A DNA stretch of 64,000 nt from Octopus sinensis (taxonomy: Eukaryota): positions 192,944,001 to 193,008,000 of the forward strand of contig NC_042998.1 in the NCBI RefSeq assembly GCF_006345805.1, given 5' to 3'. How positions within the stretch are numbered: position 1 is the stretch's first letter; every line of letters begins with the position of its first letter. Shown here piece by piece: positions 24,912 through 37,398 of this stretch. A program made the translations under genes and the position numbers. Under the pieces are notes generated by a model. That model had not been told where the DNA came from, made no database searches, and worked only from the letters and a program-made list of their open reading frames with translations.

Positions 24912-24947
24912 CTTTAACGTTTTGAGCCTACGCTCTTCCACAGAAAG
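24912..24947 (-). ncRNA. Degenerate minimal type-I hammerhead motif in a Penelope-like end (24845-25020)
   Basis: Minus strand cttt-CUGUGGA-A-GAGC-GUAG-GCUC-AAAA-CGU-U-aaag. Two core substitutions (A6 to U, G12 to A); stems intact. Confidence 0.5.
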
Positions 24948-25025
24948 GAAGACAGAAATAAACAAGGAGAGAAAATAGAGAAAATAAAGAATGTGTAGTG
25001 GCTAGCAATCTATCATGTCAAATAT

Positions 25026-25056
<31 letters not shown>

Positions 25057-25536
25057 CCAGCATGGCCATAGCCTTAGGGCTGCAACATATGAAAGAATAT
25101 ATATAATTTATTTGTGTGAGTGAATATTCACTGTTTTAAGCACAACAGCCTAAGTATCTGCTCCATTCAACAGTATGTGTGTATGTGTGTGGAGTCTTAT
25201 TTTAAAAGAATAACCCATACAATTTTAAACCTCTATCATGAATACAAATCCCAAACCTCGTTATTTAGTGATGCTATTGTATTGGTAATAATACATGGCA
25301 TTACGGTTTTAAACAAGATTTATTACCGATGATCATAACCGAAGATAGAATGCAACTCATACTTTCTGTTATATTCAGTTTAGTTTAGTTTCATTCTATA
25401 GAAACATATAAGAAAAATGGGTAACATATTAATTTAAGTGATATTAAGTAGATTAACTTCTTTCCTTGCTTCGTTAATGCTAATGTTACATAAACACATA
25501 CTTCATTCAATAAAAACCTCTCTCAAACACACATAC

Positions 25537-25548
25537 GTTGTTGTTGTT

Positions 25549-25582
<34 letters not shown>

Positions 25583-25619
25583 TTGCTGTTGTTGTTGTTT
25601 AGTTCTTGATCAGCAGTGA
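25537..25619 (-). CDS. Candidate host exon with an N/S homopolymer tract (TADQELNNNNSNSSSSSSSNNSNNNNN), phase 1-0
   Basis: ataagcttcttcag acceptor and AAC|gtatgt donor bound the (AAC/AGC)n tract. Only one open frame, and it is phase-compatible with 27749-27799. Confidence 0.3.
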
Positions 25620-26817
25620 CTGAAGAAGCTTATAATCAAAATCTTTCTAACCATGGCCCTCCCATCTTTTCATCTCCAGAACAGTATCTTTCATTTCATT
25701 ATCCATCACCATATGTTATTTTAAGGTAGTGGTGCCCGAGTCAAGAAAGGTCAGGTGACTGCATAGAAGTTCCTTTCATTGGTTCATATAAGCAAAGTTT
25801 GCTGATGAGTCAGAACTGTTCTATTGATGTTGACATTAAATAAAAAATATATTAATATACACACTGGAAACAGCCTTAGATTAAAAATACTAGTCTGTAG
25901 AACCATTTATAATCATCATTTTTTCCGTTTAACATCCGCTTTCCATGCTAGCATGGGTTGGATGATTTGACAGAGAACTGGCGAACCAGATGGCTGCACC
26001 AGGCTCCAATCTTGATTTGGCAGAGTTTCTACAGCTGGATGCCCTTCCTAACGCCAACCACTCCGAGAGTGTAGTGGGTACTTTTACGTGCCACCGGTAT
26101 GAGGGCCAGTCAGGCGGTACTGGCAATGGTCATGGAAAATTGTGTTTTTTTTTTTTACGTGTCACTTGCACACGGCACAAGTGCCAGTAAGGTAACACTG
26201 GTAACGATCACACAGAGGTGTCTATACAAACATAGACTCCACTACCTGTAATACTTTTTTCTCAGAGAAACTCTTCAAAGAGACTTTTGTGTTAAAAACA
26301 CAAGACATCACCCAGAGTGTTGGTAGACTGTCAGACATCACATTTCCACCTGATTTGGCTTCTTCAGTTACAAGACACATTGACAATTACATGTCATTGA
26401 CAGAGCTTGCTAAGTGTGTCCATCATTGAACGAATCTGTTCTTAGAGATCTTAAAGAGATTTTACAACAAAAGCAGACAATGCAGTTGTTATTTACTTAA
26501 ATATATTATTAACATTGCTATCAGAATTATAAATACTATACAACATGATATCACATTTTGCTTCATTCTTTCTCGTAATGTTTAAATGTGGTTGGGGAAT
26601 TGGCAGAATTAGCAAAGTGGTATTCTTTTCTGGCACTTTATGTTCTGGGTTCAAATTCTGCCAAGGTATCTTTTCCAACAGTTTAATCTGTTGCACTGGT
26701 ATGAAATAATAATAGTACTTCTGAGGTTGATGGGATCAACTAGCCCCTACCTTAAAAAATTATTGGCCTTGTGTCTAGATTAGAAATCATGTATTATTAT
26801 TATTATTATCATTATTC

Positions 26818-27285
26818 TATGTTTGACTTTTGCTTTACATTTGCACAAGCTAGCTCCAAGTCTCACCCACAGACCTCAAGAGACAACACGTTGGAAGTTC
26901 ATGTTGGTGTTATGCCTAGGGTGCCATATATTTGGTTTTGTACTTAATGTTGTACTAGTGAATGTCTAAAAAATCCACACGAAAATTATGTTTTCTTTAA
27001 AACTTGAGATTACATAGACAGTATTTTGCGTAGGATATGAGCAATTCCCATGAGCACTATCTTTTGAATTTCTGCCATTTTGGGGTTTCCTGGTATCTGA
27101 GTTAGGTAGCAATCAGCCCCTTTTGCTATCATTCCCAGGGCACCTATGACAACAGGTATTGTTTTAGTCTTCAAGTTCCACATTTTGCTGATTTCTATTT
27201 CAAGATTTTTATATTTGCTCAGTTTTTGGTAGGTCTTGACAGATACGTTTATATCGATTGGGACAGTCATATCAATGAGTAATAT
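26818..27285 (-). mobile_element. R4/Dong-type non-LTR retrotransposon 3' fragment (RLE domain and UTR)
   Basis: LLIDMTVPIDINVSVKTYQKLSKYKNLEIEISKMWNLKTKTIPVVIGALG...IQKIVLMGIAHILRKIL. (AAT)n at both flanks. Confidence 0.9.
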
Positions 27286-27748
27286 TATTATTCCTTGCAT
27301 TTTTTTAACATCCATTTACAAGCTAAGGTCAAATTCCATGGATATCAACTTTGTTTTTCATTCTTCTGGGGTTGATAAGATAAAATAACTAAACAGCCCA
27401 GTACTGGAATTGATATAACCGACTGTTCTCCTTTCCAAAATCCCTCACCTTACACCTATTTCAGAAACAAGTATTATTATAATTGAAGGTAGCTGAGTGG
27501 TCGAAGATGTTACATATCTCAGTCTGAGACAAGTTTCATCTTTTCTAACTTTATTTATCATCGTAATTTGAATTTATTTATTTTATTTTATTTTTTGTTT
27601 GTACTAATTCTGAGATACTGACAGGCTTTTTTTTTTCCCCAGTGTACATAGTTACAATATTTACTAAACCTGGCCAGTCTGAGACAATGTAATATAAATT
27701 CTCTCCTTCCTATTCAGAAACATTCTACCGTTGCTACTGGTTACTTAC

Positions 27749-27799
27749 ATCCATGATATTCTGGATTTTGTTCCTTATTCTGGCAACCATCATGTCTTG
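27749..27799 (-). CDS. Candidate host exon (RHDGCQNKEQNPEYHG in phase 1, or QDMMVARIRNKIQNIMD in phase 0)
   Basis: aatattcttgatag acceptor, consensus GAT|gtaagt donor, 51 nt. Confidence 0.3.
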
Positions 27800-28065
27800 C
27801 TATCAAGAATATTTATTGAATTATTATTATTATTACAACAAAACCAAAATCATTAGCTCAGCAGATAAAATGCTTAGTGGCATTTCATTCATCTTTATAT
27901 TCAGAGTTCAAATTCTGCCAAGGTTGACTTTGCCTTTCATCCATTTTGGGTTGCAGAAACAAGTACCAGTTGAGCCCTGGGGTTCATGCAATCAACTTTC
28001 CCGCCTTCCCCTAAATTTCAGACCTTGTGCCTATATTAGAAATGATTGTTAATATTTACTCACCT

Positions 28066-28510
28066 GGGCATGGACACATTGAAACTCCAACGTCTGACAG
28101 CTGACTTGGCTGACACCCATAAAATTATTAACCATCTTACAAACAATAACTCTGAGCACCTTTTCAAAATCTACCTGTCTAACACCCGTGGACATGTTTA
28201 CAAAGTCAGAAAACAGCACAGCTCCCATGACTTTTGGAAACATTTTTTCATATTAAGAGTTGCTGAAGTATGGAACAAACTGCCGGCATCAGTTGTTAGT
28301 TGTCGGAGCACTGCATCTTTCAAAACTTCCATGCTTTCTGAGATTTACCAACACTACACCTGATTTTCTCCCCTCCATACACATGCAAGCATGTATCTGA
28401 CTCATACACTGTTCGCTTTCCAGACATTTGTACATTACTGCATATGCTTTATATGCACTTTTGACAAGTTGTGGTGCACCTGAGCACTGTATACAATAAT
28501 TTCATTATTA
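28066..28510 (+). mobile_element. CR1-clade LINE 3' fragment
   Basis: LGMDTLKLQRLTADL...TRGHVYKVRK...FFILRVAEVWNKLPASVV...SFK, then a UTR and (ATT)n tail. Confidence 0.9.
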
Positions 28511-28685
28511 TTATTATTATTATTATTATTAAATCACATTGAAGTTAGCTTTGCATTTTATTTGTTCTGGGGTGATAAAGTGAAGTATCTATCAAGTCCT
28601 GGAACCGTTGGCATCAATGAGCCCTTCTCTTAAAATTGCTTTGTGCTTTAATCAGAAATCATTATTATTATTATTATTATTATTC

Positions 28686-29228
28686 AGTAGTTTTATTTTT
28701 ATAGCATGTTTTCACTTCACTACCGAGCGCAGCTCTGTGTGCCTTGGGTATGTGCTGTGATTTGTTGCAATACTCTGATGGTTACTGTATTGAAAGTGTT
28801 TTGCATAGGATGTGTACAGTGCCCAGTAGTGCAATTTTCTGTATGTTATATATATTTGTAAGTCCTGGTGTTTTTGTTATGTATTTGTCTGAATATTTTT
28901 TATCATACCTAATGCGCCCACTATGATAGGAATTGTTTCTGTTTTTAGATTCCACATTCGAGTTACCTCTATTTCCAGGTCTTTGTATTTTGAAAGTTTC
29001 TCCATTTCTTTTAGAGACACGTTGTCATCTGCTGGTATTGATACATCAATTAGAAAGCATTTTTTTCTTCATGATCTCTGACAACAATATCTGGCCTATT
29101 GGCCTTAATTTCTCTATCTGTGTGTATTGGCATATCCCAGAGTATGATTGCTTTCTCGTTTTCTATGACCTTTTCTGGTGTGTGTCTATACCATCTTTTT
29201 TCTATTGTTATTCCATAATGTTATACTA
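28686..29228 (-). mobile_element. R4/Dong-type non-LTR retrotransposon 3' fragment (RLE domain)
   Basis: WYRHTPEKVIENEKAIILWDMPIHTDREIKANRPDIVVRD/CFLIDVSIPADDNVSLKEMEKLSKYKDLEIEVTRMW...IIVGALG, with frameshifts. PD-(D/E)xK layout; (AAT)n on both sides. Confidence 0.92.
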
Positions 29229-30489
29229 ATAATAATTTTATTATTATCATTATTATTATTATCATTGTTATTATCATAGGTATTTACATACAAAGAAGTA
29301 GGAATTTATGATCAAATATAAGAAAAGTGCTGGCCTTTAAAAAAAATATTCATAATTTATTTTTTATTGTTCCTACATCTCATTTTTGACAGATGTTGCT
29401 GAGGATTTTATTAGGGTTTTAAAACACTAACAGACAATCATGTAGTAAATGAACTGAAGACAATAAACCAGCAACATAAAAAAATAGCATATATTACCAT
29501 AGAGATAGACATACATTATTCCTTAAAGGTGATGTAAAGTCAGTGTAAGCTGAGAATTACAGGTATCACTTAGAATGGAATGATAAAAATACAAGAATAA
29601 TTCTGAAAGCTGAAAGAAATTTACAACCTGTAAAGCTAATTTATTTCTGCAGAAATATTCAAACTTTTAAGGAGTATGCCAAAAAGAAAACGAACTACTT
29701 TTGTTACTTCAGAACTGCAGAAATCTGATATCATCCTTGCTACACCATGTGAGACATATCTCCGTGGTGAAGTGTCAGAAATTAAAGTTGTATATGTGTA
29801 CTTCTGGCGAGGTGAAAGCCAAAGAATAAGATGCTGTTTGCCAGTTAAGATTCACTTATGATCAAAGGTAGAGCGGCTGCCAAAGAGACTCTCTCGGTGG
29901 ATAAATTAGGACTATGTAATTGGTAACTGAGATGCTAATAATATATACTCATTCATTTACTTGTTTCAGTCATTTGACTGTGGCCATGCTGGAGCACCGC
30001 CTTTAGTCGAATCAAATCGACCCCAGGACTTATTCTTTGTAAGCCTAGTACTTATTCTATCGTTCTCTTTTGCCGAACCGCTAAGTTACGGGGACGTAAA
30101 CACACCAGCATCGGTTGTCAAGCGATGGGTGGGGGGGACAAACACAACACATAAACACACACATATATATATATATACATATATATGATGGGCTTCTTTC
30201 AGTTTCTGTCTACCGAATCCACTCACAAGGCTTTGGTCGGCCCGAGGCTATAGTAGAAGACACTTGCCCAAGGTGCCACGCAGTGGGACTGAACCCGGAA
30301 CCATGTGGTTCGTAAGCAAGCTACTTACCACACAGCCACTCCTAAGCCTATATGTTAGTTTTTATTAGATTTCATTCTGAAAATATAGACCCGCCCTGTT
30401 AGGACTGAGGGTTTACATGTAGTTTGAAACCACAATTGAAAGAGTAAAGTATTATTAAGAAGTTGCTATAAGGCACTATAGAACATATC

Positions 30490-30880
30490 TGTGGAGGCGC
30501 AATGGCCCAGTGGTTTGGGCAGCGGACTCGTGGTCATAGGATCGCGGTTTTGATTCCCAGACGGAGCGTTGTGAGTGTTTATTGAGCGAAAACACCTAAA
30601 GCTCCACGAGGCTCCGGCAGGGGATGGTGGTGATCCCTGCTGTACTCTTTCACCACAACTTTCTCTCACTCTTACTTCCTGTTTCTGTTGTACCTGTATT
30701 TCAAAGGGCCGGCCTTGTCACTCTCTGTGTCACTCTGAATGTCCCCGAGAACTACGTTAAGGGTACACGTGTCTGTGGAGTGCTCAGCCACTTACACGTT
30801 AATTTCACGAGCAGGCTGTTCCGTTGATTCGGATCAACCGGAACCCTCATCGTCGCAACCGACGGAGTGCTTCCATCCAT
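30490..30880 (+). mobile_element. Family D tRNA SINE, full length; second copy at 46265-46652 on the minus strand
   Basis: Head ggcccagtggtttgggcagcggactc...gattccc. Shares its 5' part with D2 but has a different 3' half. Confidence 0.85.
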
Positions 30881-32489
30881 CAGAACATATCTATATGCTA
30901 CAACAAATATTTGTGTTGCAACAATTGTAAACAATGCATTCATATAATATGCACATGGATAGAAAAAGTGGGAATGGTTGAATGTGTGTTTTGATTCTTG
31001 TTGGGGTGCCCATGAGCATTCCCTCTAACTATCCACAAACATACTTCTTATAAACCTACTAATATTAGAGATTAAGGTAAACTGGACAAATTTGCATATT
31101 TATCATTTTTGTAGATGTGATACCTGTGCCGGTGGCACGTAAAAAGCATCACCCGTACGTATATGCTCATGGAGAGAAAAAGAAGCTGACTTGGCAGACG
31201 CCCATAAAATTATTAACCATCTTACAAACAATAACCTGGCCCAGTGGTTAGAGCAGTGGACTCGCGGTCAATGGATCGCGGGTTCGAATCTCAGACTAGG
31301 CGATGTGTGTGTTTATGAGCGAAACACCTAAGCTCCACGCGGCTCTGGCAGAAGGTCATGGCAAACTTCTGCTGACTCTTTGGCCACAACTTTCTCTCAC
31401 TCTTTCCTCCTGCATCTTGCAGCTCACCTGCGACGGACCAGCGTCCTGTCCAGGTGGGGAACCTATACGCCAAGAAACTGGGAAACCGGCCCTTATGAGC
31501 CAGGCATGGCTTGAGAAGGAACAAACAAAACAAAAGTTCATGAGCAATGAGTTCCTGGCTAGTTTGAGGAGGTGAAAAACTGCTGATGAGTATTGCAACA
31601 AAAATAAAAATGTGTATTTAACTATTCCCTCTTTTTCTATCCATAAGCATGTTGTAAAAGGCATTGTTTACATTTACCATAAGATAGTGCTGGCTCTAAA
31701 AAAAATCAGTTGATATGTTCAGTACTAAATTATAACAAAATATTATTAAACACATCATTAATTGAAAGTTATAGTCCCCAGAGATTTTATATTTTTATAT
31801 TTGCTATTGCTAGCACATTGGGCAAAATGCTTTATGTTTTGAGTTCAAATTCCACTGAGGTTGACTTTACCTTTCATCCTTTTGGTGGTGTTGATAAAAT
31901 AAGTACCAGTTGAACTCAGGTGTCCATGTAATTGACTTACCTCGCCCCTAAAATTGCTGGCTTTGTGCCAAAATTTGAAACCAATATTAACTATGCTTAA
32001 CAGAATGCAATTTCTTTTAACAAGATAAATGACATATTTTACAATGAAGCAGCATAGTTGTATTAATTCCAGGGGGATGAAAAGCAAAATTAAATCGACT
32101 ATAAAAGGATTTGTAAGAAAAGGCCAGAATTAAATACCGTAAAGTTAAGCTACACTTAGTACACTGGTTTCATTATTATTAATTCAATAAGTCAAATAGA
32201 AAAGCTTTTAGAAAAGCTTCTGAGGAACAGACATGCAAAATACAAGATAAAAGTTGATTTCATGGCATTGTGTCTATCAAAACTATGAATATTCAAGAAA
32301 ATTGCACGATAACTGTGGTTTAGTAGGAAAATGCATGTCACCTGACACCTAAATAAAACTATCAGAAAACACTGATATGATGACCTAGAATTTTATTGGT
32401 TTAGGTGAGATAAGAGAGTGGAATTTTCAACACATAAACATTTGATCAGACTATTTCCTGACTGCTCACAGTACAAACATAGAACTTAC

Positions 32490-32533
32490 CGAAACCACTC
32501 AGCACTATAAAAATTACGCAACGGAATACCAAA
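32490..32533 (-). CDS. Candidate host exon, phase 0-2 (FGIPLRNFYSAEWFR)
   Basis: tttgctcatttgacag acceptor, consensus TCG|gtaagt donor. Confidence 0.25.
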
Positions 32534-32786
32534 CTGTCAAATGAGCAAATTTAATGATAGTTATGAAGTCTAACTGGAGAAAGCTAAAAGAAACGTGAAT
32601 TGTGAAAACTAGTAGGATGATGATGCGATCATACGTATTTTACCTGTCAGAGTTGTCAGACGCATTCACTGCATAGTTGTAGCATTTGCAAGAATCTCTC
32701 AGAGCTAGATATGATAATGGTCAAATATGTTGCTTCCAAAACACTTGTATAGAATTGCTGAGTATTATTAACGCATTAAAATAGAT

Positions 32787-33178
32787 TGTTATTAGGTTGC
32801 CACCCTCTGATATTCTGAGAATATCTACTTTTGTCTCTTCCCTACATCCAGAATGTTTATTATTATTAGTTTTATTGTTGTTAAGCTATTTGGTTAGACT
32901 TGATTGAGCAGAATTAAAATCATATACTCTCCCTTCTCTTCTTTGAGTCATAGTCTTTCTAGGACTAAAGTGTCCAATGGATCTTTGCATTTAAAAAAAA
33001 AATATTAGGCGCAGGAGTGGCTGTGTGGTAAGTAGCTTGCTAGCCAACCACATGGTTCCGGGTTCAGTCCCACTGCATGGCATCTTGGGCAAGTGTCTTC
33101 TGCTATAGCCCCGGGCCGACCAATGCCTTGTGAGTGGATTTGGTAGACGGAAACTGAAAGAAGCCTGTTATATATATG

Positions 33179-33217
<39 letters not shown>

Positions 33218-35826
33218 TTCTGTGTCGGTGTTTGTCACCCTAGCATTGCTTGACAACCGATGCTGGTGTGTTTACATCCCTGTCACTTAGCGGTTCGGCA
33301 AAAAGAGACCGATAGAATAAGTACTGGGCTTACAAAGAATAAGTCCCGGGGTCGATTTGCTCGACTAAAGGCAGTGCTCCAGCATGGCTGCAGTCAAATG
33401 ACTGAAACAAGTAAAAGAGTAAAAGAGAGAGAGAGTGTAAATTGAGGGAGTTGTGGTTGCTTTTACTAGTTGGCTTCTTAGAATGTTGCCAATGAAGAAC
33501 TAGTAAAAAACACTTTCTCGTGGGCAGCTGGGACTCATGATAAACGAGAAATATCTACATGAATATTATAACACAAACATGTCAAGATGCACTTTAACTA
33601 TTTTTCATTTCTCTAATAGTTTGGTTTCAATTATTCAGTAACGTTTTAATATAATAGCTGTCTAAAAGTAATTACCTCTTTTCTCATATCTTTTCACTTA
33701 TCTTAGCAAAAGTTACTTATATGATCATAGTCTGATTACATTTTATAAATTATTCAACAACTTTTGACAGAATATATTTACTAGATATATTTTTAATTTT
33801 TATAAAAACCAAAACGCTATTTTTTTCTGATAAACACGTAAAGATCACCTTTTCTCCACAAAATTCCATGAAACTAACTTAAATTAAGCTTAACCAAATT
33901 GACAGCCTGTAGCAGCATTGGTCTTTAGATGAAACTATCATTTGGATCTGCTCATTATAATTTAATATACTAGACTAGGCATAGGTCTGTGGTTGCGGAA
34001 TTCACTTCATAACTACCGTATTGTATCTTAGATATGCATCTCCTACTATAGCCACAAACTGACCAATGCTGGGTGAGTGAGTGAAATTGTTGGATGGAAA
34101 CACACAGACATTGTGATCTACCAATCATCATCATCACCATCACCATCATCATCCTTTAACGTCCGTTTTCCATGCTAGCATGGGTTGGACGGTTTGACTG
34201 TGGGCTGGCAAACCAGATGGCTGCACCAGGTATCCAATCTTGATCTGGCAGAGTTTCTACAGCTGGATGCCCTTCCTAACGCCAACCACTACGAGAGTGT
34301 AGTGGGTGCTTTTATGTGCCACCGGCACGGGGGCCAGTCAGGCGGTACTGGCAATGACTTCACTCGAATCTTTTTACACATGCCAGTGAAGCGACGTTGG
34401 CAACGATCACGCTCGAGGTATAAGAAATCCCTTACTTGGAAGTCAAATAAGAATTCATAAAATACTGCCTTAACCCTTTCATTACCAACCCGGCTGAAAC
34501 CGGCTGTGGCTCTGTAGTACAAAAGTCTTGTTTTCATAAGTTTTGAGTTAAAATCTTCCACCAAACCTTTGTTGCAATTTATGTTCCTAACACTAGCTGA
34601 ATGATAACTAAGTTATTTTACTAAATTCTTTGTTATATTTAAAGTAATTGAAAGAAACACAGAGCATCTCAAAAGAAATACAGTAACAAAATGGTTAAAA
34701 TATATAATAGAGAAACAATTCTTAACCCTTTTGATAGCAACCTGGCTGAAACTGGCTCTGGCTCTGTAGTACAAATGTCATGTTTTCATAAGTTTTGAAT
34801 TAAAATCTTCCACCAAATATTAGTCACAATTTATGTTCCTAACACTAGCTTAATGATAACTAAGTTATTTTACTAAATTCTTTGTTATATTTAAAGTAAT
34901 TGAAAGAAACACAAAGCATCTGAAGATAAATACAGTAACAAAAGGGTTAATAAGCCTACATCCAACTTCTGCCAGCATTGGAAAAGCAGACACAACAATA
35001 AATGAATAAATAATGGGTCACTTTAAAAGCAACAAACACCACATATTCTTCAACATTTTACATCTAATTTTATTAGTTTAGATTCCTTTTAGGTTTTTGC
35101 TACTAAGATAGCTGATATGCTTTCTAGTTTGCATATCTCCAGTGATGGTGGTTTGTTCTTCATATAGTGATAAGGAATACATTTAAATGCTTCATCTTAA
35201 ACATCAAAACACCTAATGTTAAGAAATAGGGTATTAGATTTCAGTGTAATATGGTCAGGAATTTAAACGTTTCTATAGCAGTCATTCTGTTAACTCTTTA
35301 GCATTCAGGTTACTCTCTCAAATGCAGTGCTTTCGCATTCACTTTGCTTTGAATTAATCCTGCATTATCTTATGGCTTTGAGGCTTCAGTGGTGCAATTA
35401 TTTATTTTTAAAATGACATTTTAGAGTAGGTGTGAGAAGTTAGATCTGGCTGGTGCATCTTGACATGTTTGTGTTATAATATTCATGTAGATATTTCTCA
35501 TTTATCATGAGTCCCAGCTGCCCATGAGAAAGTGTTTTTTACTAGTTCTTCATTGATAACATTCTAAGAAGCCAACTAGTAAAAGCAACCACAACTCCCT
35601 CAAATTACACTCTAACTTTTTTTTTTAAATGCAAAGATACATTGGACACTTTAGTCCTAGAAAGACTATGACTCAAAGAAGAGAATGGAGAGTATATGAT
35701 TTTAATTCTGCTCAATCAAGTCTAACCAAACAGCTTAACAACAATAAAACTAATAAACATTCTGGGTGTAAGGAAGAGACAAAAGTAGATATTCTCAGAA
35801 TACCAGAGGGTGGCAACCTAATAACA
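32787..35826. repeat. Long inverted duplication: arms 32787-33592 (split by SINE B at 33007-33430) and 35453-35826
   Basis: About 375 bp of otherwise unique sequence is present as a close reverse complement. No direct TSD. Confidence 0.92.
34470..34950 (+). mobile_element. Tandem dimer of a ~220-bp TTAA-flanked (piggyBac-like) MITE
   Basis: ttaa-CCCTTTCATTAC...GTAACAAAAGGG-ttaa units joined by the 23-bp spacer aatatataatagagaaacaattc. Confidence 0.85.
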
Positions 35827-37398
35827 TTATATAGATAGAATATTTGGGATGGATAGGGCTGATTTAAATACTAAGGGGTTTAGCCATTGTGTCAGGTACT
35901 TAAATAATTTCTTTAGTTATCCTGACTGATAGATATATAGATTCCATTCCTAATTCACAGTTGAGTAGTTAGTGACAAGTATCCTTCGAAAACAGTTTTC
36001 ATGAGAAACACTCCATCTATATACTCTCTTAGAAATATCAGCATCATAATTTTTATATAGACTTTTTCTATACTGGCATGGGTTGAAATAATATTCTGCT
36101 GTTGGATGCCCTTCTTGTCATCAACCCTTATTTGAGAATCTAATCATCATCATCATCGTTTAACGTCCGCTTTCCATGCTAGCATGGGTTAGATGATTTT
36201 GACTGAGGACTGGCGAGCCAGATGGCTGCACCAGGCTCCAATCTTGATCTGGCAGAGTTTCTACAGCTGGATGCCCTTCCTAACGCCAACCACTCCGAGA
36301 GTGTAGTGGGTGCTTTTTACGTGTCACTGGCACGGGGGTCAGTCAGGCGGTACTGGCAATGACCTCACTCAAATCTTTTTACATGTGCCAGTGAAGCGAC
36401 ATTGATTATGATCACACTCAAATGGTGCCCGTTTATGTGCCACGGGTACAGAAGCCAGTTGGCTGCTCTGGCAATGATCACGCTCGGATGGTGCTCTTGG
36501 CACCCTACTAGCAAAGGCATAAGTGCCAGTAAGGCGATGCTGGTAACAATCATACTCGAATAGCTGCTCTGTCAATGATCACACTTGTATGGTGCTCTCA
36601 AATATGGTTTACTCAAGAACTGCTTTAAATCAAAAGACTCTTCACATTAGAATTACAGATTTATATGATTTTAAAAGGAGTTACTTTATCTTATTCATTT
36701 GGAAAGGTTTATTTTTCACATTATTTCATCCAATTCTTCATTGACAAGTAATATAGCATATTGACATTTTTTTTATTCGCTAAATTGAGGTTTCAGATAT
36801 TCTTGACATAATTATCAAATTGAATTAATTTTTTAATAAAATCAATTCTGTTAAAATAAATTTATTTTGTCATCTAAAATCTGGCCTATGTATCAAATAA
36901 AAGAGATTGTTTATTTGATATACCGTTTCTATTTTTCGTAATTCGCTTTTTAAATTGATTCAAAAGTCTGTATAATCTGTTTATTTATTTTTTATTTTGT
37001 ACATTTGTTCCAGAAATTTCGTTAAGTCTAATTAGATAAATTTAAAAGTCATAAACATCGAAATAATATTTTATATTCAATTGTTTTATGAAATAATCAT
37101 TACTGTGGTGGTATAAAAAAATTAAAAAACAGATTAATAATCATTTTGATTAATTCGTTTTGGTTGTCAAATAAATACATGACTATATGTATAAAACCAG
37201 ATAAACATAGCTTTCATACACAGTTTCCGAAGACTAATTCTTGATTATGAATGTATTCTGTGTATTCATATGGTCACACACTGATTCATATTTGTTCTTG
37301 TGTTGTTTTTGTGTGCATTGATACAGATATCATTATATAAAGATTACCAAGAGAAAGTACATGAACAGTATATGAAATAATTGCTGATATATTATTGA

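Noticed and set aside
26204-26430. Overlapping sense and antisense open frames of about 74 and 52 codons
   Set aside because: No homology was recognised, and frames of this length are expected by chance several times in this much unique sequence.
30495-30565. tRNA-like sequences at SINE heads
   Set aside because: They lack a complete cloverleaf and run directly into SINE bodies.
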